Source: a virus. From it: DNA of 64,000 bases. Every line of letters begins with the position of its first letter. The stretch's first letter is position 1. The stretch covers positions 22,174 through 86,173 of the IMG/VR virus record IMGVR_UViG_3300027743_000025. One strand, given 5' to 3'. Both the position numbers and the translations under genes were made by a program. Shown here piece by piece: positions 37,287 through 45,900 of this stretch. Below the pieces are notes generated by a model that saw only the letters and a program-made list of their open reading frames with translations, had not been told where the DNA came from and searched no databases.

Positions 37287-39970
37287 GATGCCGCCTCCCA
37301 GTGTGCCTCTCTCTGCAACTGCGCTACCTGGTCATTAGTGAGAATACGCTGATACTTCGCTCTCACTACCGTGTCCTCGAACGTCGTCTGGTCGACGGAG
37401 TTGAAGGCTTCATAGAGCGCGGCATGGTTATCCATAGTTGGCTCTGTCTTACGAACTGCGAACGTCGCGTTAGCCACTGCTTCCCGGACATCATCGAAAG
37501 TCTTGAGGCCGGCCTTGAAGGCATACAACATCGCGACCACATGATCGGTCCCGGAGGCAGTGCCGAAGACACCAGCAGCAGCAGCCACCGCGCCGGCCGG
37601 AGCAGCTGGAGCAACTGGAGGAACTCCGATGGCACCCGCGCCGGGCATCTCAGCAGAGTGGTCCAGGAGAGTAGCCGGCTTGGTGGTGTTGTCGTAAGAT
37701 GCCCAGCGGTCCATATAATCGGCGAGATCGTTGAAGTTGATGATGTTCTGGGTAGTGTCTCTCACCCTGTTCTTCTCGATGACCCTTGAGGGAACGTAGC
37801 GGCCACCAATGGTGTCATCGCTGTTCGCATCCCGGAGACGGTCAATACCGCGCCGGTGACGCTCTTGCACCCTCTTCAGGGAAACATCGATAGGAACGTC
37901 TACGAAAACTCCATCCACCGCGTAGCCCAGCTTCCTGAGATCGTCCACATTGACCGGTGGAGGATCACCGCCCATGGTGCCATCGAAGATGACGTTGTAG
38001 CCCTCAGCGATCAGTCGAGACTCAAACAGCATGGCTAGCCGACTGGACATCTTATGGATCAGGTCGGCCGTCTCCAGCTCTCCCATACCAGGGATATCTG
38101 GTGCGTCTCCCCGCTCTGCGATCCTCTCCTTGAAAAGGTCTGAGTTGATCTGCACCCAGTCCCTGTCTAGGATCTCCTCTCCGCCTACGGCTTCACTCAG
38201 GATGGTTGACTTACCCGCCCCCGGCAGTCCACCCAGGAGCAAAGACTTCCTACCTTGTGGTTTCGGCTTTCCAGCCTTAGTGACGGTCATCTCCGCATGC
38301 AGCTCATCAACGAGCTGCTCAAAGTACTCTTCTCGCTCGGTAGACCACTGGCCGTTAGAGTCTCTGAACGCATCTTCGTAAGCCAGTCCAGCTGCTCTAG
38401 CGTCTGCCAGGGTGTCATCCAGCCACTTCACATGTGCCTGGTATTCCGCATCAGTGAGCGGAGGCTGGCCCTTCACATTGACGTTGGGGGCCGGAGGCCG
38501 GCTAGCGATGAACTCCTGTAGCTTCTGGTCGTATTGCTCCAGGGAAAGAGTCGGCCGGTAGTTCGGATCAGCCGCTCTAGCTACGTCGACTTCCTCGATC
38601 GCGCTCAAGTTCTCAGTGAGGCTGCGGGGCAGAGTGGCCAACGACTTTGGAGCCATCATCACCTTGTCGTTGATGTCCCCTACCGGGATCACGTCAGGGA
38701 ATCCGGCTGCCGGGTCTGCGGGTATTGCATTCCCATCCCGGTCCACGTAGGAGACATGGGCGCCCTGAGGGGTGAGGTTGGTGATCTGGCCCCGGCGCCG
38801 ATCAGCCGTGCGGCTGGTGATCGGAGCGTTCTTGTCTGCGAAGACATTCACCAGGCCGAACTTCTCGATGAACGTGCCGTCCTTACCGCGCGGGTGCAGC
38901 CACTCTCTCCAGTTGATAGCCGCGATGACTGCCGGATGATCCAGCAACCTGTGCTCACGGGACTGCATCATCAAGGATCCGAAGATTCCAACCGGCTCAT
39001 CCCCATTGATGCACAGCTGCACGTAGTGCTTCGCGGCGGCCACGACGGCTGCCGCCGCCGTGGCTTCCTCAAAAGGGAGAGTCATCTCCTCGCTGTCAGA
39101 GGCGGGGAACTCCGGCAGTGTCTCGGGAGCGGTTTTGCCGAGCTGCCATTCCTGCGGGATCTTGTCGAGTGCCCCCAGAGCCTTTGCGCGCTTCACCACA
39201 TACCACCGGCTGTCGGGGTGGGTGATGGCATAGCGCACAGCCACCGGAAGATCATCCACCCGGTTGACAGACGGGATGTTCGCTCCAGATGCCACTACCG
39301 CTTCCTCCGGTTCGCCTACCGCCGGCTGTGCTTCTCCCGGCATCTCGATAACCTCGGCTTCTTCGCCAAGCAGCTTGGTCGGCAGATCAGCCACGCTAAT
39401 GGTCTTTCCGCTGGCATCGCCAGCGTCCCACACTGCCAGAGCGGATGGGGCCACCTGCACCAGGGACATATCGTCCAGCGTTGTGTTGCCCTCGGGGAGT
39501 GCGATCCATTCCCCGTCATACCGCACGAACGGTCCCATGCCAGTCTCGATAATCAGCGTGACGACTGTGTTGTCCGGAGCCACCACAGCGTCCAGTTGGA
39601 GTGCCAACATTCCTCCCCTCAAAATGTGAGCCTCAACCACGGTTAGCGGCTGCGGTACACCAGCGTCTGGAGCCAGAGTGATTGCATCATATGGGTCAAG
39701 TGGCCGGATCCGTATTGTCTCATCCGGAGCTGCCGGGTCAGAGAAGACAGCTGTCGCTGTCAAGACTCCTCCGCCCTCATCAACAGGTTCAGAGATCACT
39801 ACTCCACGCAGCTCATCCCCTTCGTCCCACACAAGCATGAGACCGTTTTCGCCAGTTTGTAGCTCCACGTCGGCACCATAACGAACCGAGGTCGTGTCAT
39901 ACGGCGCTGAAGTGATTGGATCAACTCTGTGGATGATCACCTCAATGACGGCCGGGTTGGGGGCTAGCAT
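37283..39970 (-). CDS. head-region polyprotein with zeta-toxin (P-loop kinase) domain
   Basis: GGLPGAGKS, INSD..K, NVIFDGTM, GGRYVP. Confidence 0.85.
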   Translation of the reverse strand: MLAPNPAVIEVIIHRVDPITSAPYDTTSVRYGADVELQTGENGLMLVWDEGDELRGVVISEPVDEGGGVLTATAVFSDPAAPDETIRIRPLDPYDAITLAPDAGVPQPLTVVEAHILRGGMLALQLDAVVAPDNTVVTLIIETGMGPFVRYDGEWIALPEGNTTLDDMSLVQVAPSALAVWDAGDASGKTISVADLPTKLLGEEAEVIEMPGEAQPAVGEPEEAVVASGANIPSVNRVDDLPVAVRYAITHPDSRWYVVKRAKALGALDKIPQEWQLGKTAPETLPEFPASDSEEMTLPFEEATAAAAVVAAAKHYVQLCINGDEPVGIFGSLMMQSREHRLLDHPAVIAAINWREWLHPRGKDGTFIEKFGLVNVFADKNAPITSRTADRRRGQITNLTPQGAHVSYVDRDGNAIPADPAAGFPDVIPVGDINDKVMMAPKSLATLPRSLTENLSAIEEVDVARAADPNYRPTLSLEQYDQKLQEFIASRPPAPNVNVKGQPPLTDAEYQAHVKWLDDTLADARAAGLAYEDAFRDSNGQWSTEREEYFEQLVDELHAEMTVTKAGKPKPQGRKSLLLGGLPGAGKSTILSEAVGGEEILDRDWVQINSDLFKERIAERGDAPDIPGMGELETADLIHKMSSRLAMLFESRLIAEGYNVIFDGTMGGDPPPVNVDDLRKLGYAVDGVFVDVPIDVSLKRVQERHRRGIDRLRDANSDDTIGGRYVPSRVIEKNRVRDTTQNIINFNDLADYMDRWASYDNTTKPATLLDHSAEMPGAGAIGVPPVAPAAPAGAVAAAAGVFGTASGTDHVVAMLYAFKAGLKTFDDVREAVANATFAVRKTEPTMDNHAALYEAFNSVDQTTFEDTVVRAKYQRILTNDQVAQLQREAHWEAAS

Positions 39971-39972
39971 GG

Positions 39973-42900
39973 CTACACCTCATAGCTTTCCGGGAGATCC
40001 AGAATGTTCCGGATGTTCGGTGGCAGGTAGAGGGGTGGCAGGTCGGAAGGCTTCATAGTCTTGGCTACAGCCATGGTGACGATGTACTTCTCAAGTGGAA
40101 TGCCATTGATCGACACGATTCCCTTGGCCTTCAGCTTCGCGATAGCCGAGTCAACTTCCTTCTGGCTGGGAACCGCGATCATGGAGGTCTGTTCAGGACT
40201 TAGACCACCGCTAATGTAGTAGTCCTTCACGTTGCCCCAGTTGAGAATGTTCTTGAAGACGTTCTCTTCCCCGTAAGTGGGGTTGCCGAACACGTCTCCC
40301 AGGGAGGCTCGCATGTCCCCGATACGCCCGTAGACAGCCTCAGGACGGTAGTAGGACATGATGCCGCCGCTGACGTAAGAAGCCTGGTCGTTGTGGTCTG
40401 GAAGCCTGGTGTAGCTCTTGGCTGAGGCATAGGCCCCGTGGCCGGCATACCCGCCAGAGTCGGACTGCGCCGACTTCCCTAGACCCTTCCCAGACGGCGC
40501 GTACACGGCTCCGTTAAGTCGCTTGTTCATGGAGTTGACCTGGCCGTACAGAGCCGCCGAGACGACGGTCTCGGCATCGGCTCTACTGCCACCCTTGACT
40601 ACCAGGTTCATCTTGCTCTTGGCCTTCATGGCAGTGATGGCTCGATCCGACCAGAAGAACGACACCTTGCCAATGGACTCATCCACGCCGACCCGCACGT
40701 CCTGCCAGCCAAGGTCAGGGATGCCCATCTGATCCCCGGCCAGTTTGAAGATCTGCTCATCAGACAGGCCCTGCGTGTTCTCCACATCAGCCTGGTTCCA
40801 CTTGACCATAGTGGACAGCATGACCCGAACCTGCTGCTTAGCTGAGGACTGCGTCATGGGGGAGTAGCCACCCAGGCCCAGCTCAGCCAGCGCGGCAGAG
40901 AGGTCTGCATCTGTCGCACCCTCAGGCAGGGATACCGAGGTCATGCCGTAGCGGGAATCGTTCTTGTAGGAACCAGACGGCTCCACCACTTCAATAACAA
41001 CCCCGTTACTAGCGACCAGGCGCACATTGGTGGAGGAACCGAAGTCGCTGAATGCACTCTTGTGAGCCGGCACCGCCTGTCCCGGCTCTACATCCAGTGT
41101 CCCGTCCGCGTGCATGGCCGAGAGTCCGCCGTCATGAGCGATGGTCCAGCCCTTATCCTTGGCCGTTTGGCTCAAGGTGAACTGCCCCGGGCTCAGCACC
41201 TTGATCTTGGTGGGATCCCACGTGTTTACCGTATAGGTGTGCCCGGATGCCCATGGGGTGGTGACGACATCAGTGCTTCCCAGGCTCTTGAAGGTGACCT
41301 TCTTGTTTCCATCCGGCGTGTCCTCGACAGCGACCACCTCGAAGTTCGGGGGGTTGCCAGAGTTGTCCGGCCGCCAGGCGCCCTGATTCTCCGGCTTGCT
41401 GCTGGCAGACGGCTTAAGAGCGACACGCTCGCCCACCGCGATGTCTCCGGTGAGCTTCTTGCTGCGTACCCAGTCGCCCTGTTCCTCCATGGCTCCGGTG
41501 GCCAGGTTGCTCGCCAGCGTCGCGCGCTGCTCCTTGGTCAAAGAGAAGATCACCCGGTTGTACTTCTTGCCGGATGGGCCGACTGCGCGGACCGTGACCA
41601 TCTCGCCGTTCCGGATGCCCGGGACGCTGGTGACGATCGCCCGCCACTTGCCGTCCTGCAAGGTCTTGCCCAGCGCCTCGGCCGGCGTGTCAACCGCCAG
41701 CGCCATGCCCTGCGGGACAACTGACGGAGGCAGCGGAGCCTTATATGGGGTGTACTCCTCCATGTCCAGCCGGAGTGCCGACACAAGCCGCGTCGACTTC
41801 TCGCCAGTGGAGGTCAGGACTACCGCGCTCTGCTTGTTCTTGCTGAGAGACACGATCTTGCCATGCATCGGACCCTTGCCAGCAACATGCATACCGACCG
41901 AAGGGATGTAGCCGTTCTTGGTGAGTGCCCCACCCCACGCCAGCGTCTCGTCCTCAGTCGGAAGCGCCGGAGCACCGGGCTTGACAACGACCGGTGCCGG
42001 GGGCGGGGCAGCCTTCTTCATCACGTAGACATTGGTGGTGCTCGGGGCCGTATCGGACTGCTTGAACGACTTGCTTTGGGTGAAGGAAGCCGTGTCCGTT
42101 TTCTGGTCAACGGTGTAGATATCCACGTCGATCCAGCCGCCGGCTAGCGCTCCGTTGTAGTCCTTGACCTTCATGTACTTAGGCGGGTAGTCCGGGTCGT
42201 TGTCCCCGTTGTCTACATAGAACCAATCTCCCGGTTCAAGCCCGATCTCACCCAGCGTGGTCGCTGTACTCTTCTCCAGCGTGCTCGGGTGTGGCGCTCC
42301 AATGGAGACGTTCGCTCCACTAGCCGCTGACTGAACCGGTGTGGCCGACTGTGGGGCGAAGGCAATCTTGACCAGGGGCTTGGTGAACCCATCGCCATAA
42401 GTAGCGAACTGAACTTTCTGCATCTCAGTCTCGCCATACGGGTGGTAAATCTGGTGTACCTGCAAGTTCTCAACGTCGGGGCCAGTGCCAGGGACGCTCA
42501 CGTAGGCATTAGTGCCAGTCGTGTAAAGCTCCTCCCCCGGCTGGAGTTCGTACGTGAGCCCCTCGAACTGAGGTAGACCGGTGACGAACCCGACATTGTT
42601 GATCTTCTGCGGAACCGGGCTGGCCGGACCAGGGCCGGAGAGGTCCGGCGCCGTTGTCGCGTCGTACTGGTCCAGCTTGCCCTGAGCCACTGACATCTTG
42701 ACGCCAGCGATCAGCTGCCCCGTGTTAGTGGCCTCGATGAACGACTTCATCGCGGACTCTTCGTAACCAGCTGCTTCCGGAGTCCCATTCACGATGGTGT
42801 GGTACTTGCCGTCTTCCCCCTTGACCAGGTAGGTGGTCCCAGCTGAGGTATCAGACTTCAGAACGATGTCATCCACTTGGGCGACGTAGTTGTCAAACGT

Positions 42901-45900
42901 CCCACCTAGGCCCTGGCCCTGAGACTTCAGGGTGGCATCAAGGAGATTCTGGAGCAGGTTGGGCTCAGCCTGTGGAGTAGTCGGCTCGGGGAACGGGTCA
43001 CCGTCCTCTTCAGACTGGTGGACCAGCGTCGCCTTATCCTCCGGTACCAGCGACATCACATGGTGGCTGATAGACGCAGATCCCAGGTTGCCATCTTCCT
43101 TTACCGGGAACCATGCTTTGCCGGGTCCAGCCTGCACATAGTAAGTATCTGTATCAATTACGTGGACTACTGATTCCCAGCTAGCAACAGTCCAGCCGCT
43201 GACGGTGTCCAGAGTAGCCACGGATCCCGGTCCCGGAGCTGGAGCCACGTCCACCACGTCAACCTGCGGGCTGAACGGGTCGTGGAACAAGGTCACCGCG
43301 TACGGCTCCCCGGTTGACAGGTACTTGTTGACGGCCGTGTTGACATCAACCGAGTCGTTACCGTCGATGTGATACCAGGCAGTGCTGGATGGCGTGGCAA
43401 TGTAATACTCGTTGCCGATCTTGGCAATCTGGTCTCCCGACTGGATAGTTACCCCGTACCCATTCGGGAGAGTGAGGAACTCAGTGCCGGTCACCTGATG
43501 GAAGTTCTTCAGGCCCAGAGGCCCTTCCAGGTCCCCCTCCCCGACCCACGTGCCGCCAGTGCCGGCGGCGTTCACCGTCCACATCTGCCAGCCGGAGGTG
43601 GTGTGCCGACGCCAGAATGTGCCTGCCCCGGAGACAAAGATCGAGTACTTAGCGTCGTCGTACTTGAGATTCTGGTTCAGTGCCCAGCCGGCCGCGTCCT
43701 GGCCCTGGTTGCCGGTCAGCTTGTGGTCGTCAGGAGTTCCCGGGCCGGCCTTCATCTTCTCGGCCATGGCGTGGGCTGCGTCTATCTGACCCTGCGTAAG
43801 CTCAGCATCTACGTAATCGGAGCCCTTCCGGGTTACCCGAATATTGGCCATGGGGCCGAAGTCAGTCGTAGACAGCAGATGCGGGGAAGGATTTCCGAGG
43901 TCTACGACCACAGCTGCCTTGTCATCCCCCAGTGGGAGGTTGTTCTCTACCACGATGAAGAGGTATTCACCAGCCTCGACTTCATCCCCCGGCTCCAGAT
44001 GGGGGATGATCTGGTGAGCCGGCAGGAACGCCCCGTCCTCGTCAAAGATGCTGGTCTCAGTCTTCTCAGTGAACGGAGACTCCGCGTCAAAGTAGCCAAC
44101 GGTGCCAGTAGAGAAGGAAACATAGCCGTGCCCAGCAGACTCAATTTGATCCACGTTGGTGACTAGGACAACTTCGTCACCGTGAAATACCGAGTCTCCC
44201 GGCTTCAGGGAGAAAACGTTTACCAGCGGACCACCGTGCGGTCCCGTCTTAGTTGGTGACTCCGGCACGCCGGCCGACTCCGGGATGACCGTGGGGGTCG
44301 TGTCAACCGTGAAGTCGTTGAGCGCAGTCTTCAGTACGGTGAATGGCGTCTCATTCTTGTCGATCATCCGCACTGTCGTGTCCGTGATGGCGATGATCTG
44401 GTAGCTGTTGTCAGGGCTGCTGATCGGGCTGACCTTGTGGCCGACCTTCAGCACACCACTGTCAATCCAGTCAGCCAGCGTCTTCGCCTCGTCGGACTGG
44501 TTGACAGGCTCAGCTGCCGAAACCACCGCGCCAGCATTGTCCGGAGCGGCAGGCACCTCCACCGGCTCCGGCTCCGGAATGTCAACCGCCGCGACCGACT
44601 CCTCAGTGATGGTCACCGTGCCGACTGACTTGCGCTTCCGGACTCCGGCCGCATTCTCGATGAACACGAACTTGCCATCGGGGCTGACCATCACGACCTT
44701 GCCCTCATGGCCATCCTTGGCCTTGGCCGACATGCCCAGCTGCGGAACCTTGCCGTCTCCAGTCAGGGGGGTCTTGGCGCCGTCCACGTTGGCAGCCGGA
44801 GTCTTGCCCGGCTGCGTCAGTGTGGAGGAAGCCTTCATCAGCTCCTTGCCGTTCTCATCCTTGACGACGGAGCTGTAGCCCTTCTTCTTGACGTAGGTGT
44901 AGGTCTTGCCGTCTTTCTTGGAGACCACCTTGGCACCCGGCGCCGCCTCGGTCCCGTCACCCAGGATGGAGTTCTTGCTGTCCGCCGTGGCGACAGCAGC
45001 AGCAGAAGACTCGGCAGCCGCCTTGATGTCTTCCTTGACCTGAGCCTCTACGGTGGCCGCCATGCCGGTCTTCTGCTGAGGCTCGGACACCTGCACCTCA
45101 GGCTCCGGAACAGGTACCGGCTCCAGCTGTTGGACAACCTGGTTAACCTCTGCCTGTGCGGCTTCTGGCAGGTTCGGCTTCTGCGCCTCCGGCGGCGGAT
45201 CCCAGCGGTGCACGGTGTAGGCGCCGGTCTGCATGTGCTCCGTGTCCAGCACTACTGAGTTCTGGTAGCCCTCCGGACGAATCATGATCTTCTTTTTGGT
45301 GGGGGAGACCCCCATCACCTCCATCACCTGCCCGAAGGGATCGGTGATCTTGTCTCCGCGCTCGAACATGACGCTGTGGAGGTCAGTGGAGTTCAGCACC
45401 GCGCCGTCATGTGGCCGGTCCATGGAGTTCAGCAGTGGGCTCTGGTAGTGGACCTTCGTGCTAGAGGTGTACTTGTCCAGCAGATCCCAGCGCTGATTTT
45501 GCAGTTGGTCCGGATCCATCAGCGAGCCGTCCGACTCATTGACCCCGATCCTGATCGTCTTGGAGTTCAGCCGGATGTAGTCCCCGGGGGAGGACATAGT
45601 GATGGCCTGGCCCAGGGCCATCGGGAACCACTTGCGGGATAGACCGCTGTTCTCAGCCACGTCCGGGATGTCTATCGGCTTGGAGGCTTCCGGGAGTGGG
45701 AGATCGTAGTAGCCAGCAATGTATTTACGGCGCGACTTGAGCGTGTCAGCCAAGGACTGAGGTAGTCCACGCTCCGCAACCAGGTCATCGATCTCTTCCG
45801 GAGAGATAGCCAGAACTCGAACGGCCCCATCTAGCTCATCCTCCTTGGGCATGTTGCCCTCGCCGTAGATGGGAGCCTTTTTGCCGCCGCGCATGGACTC

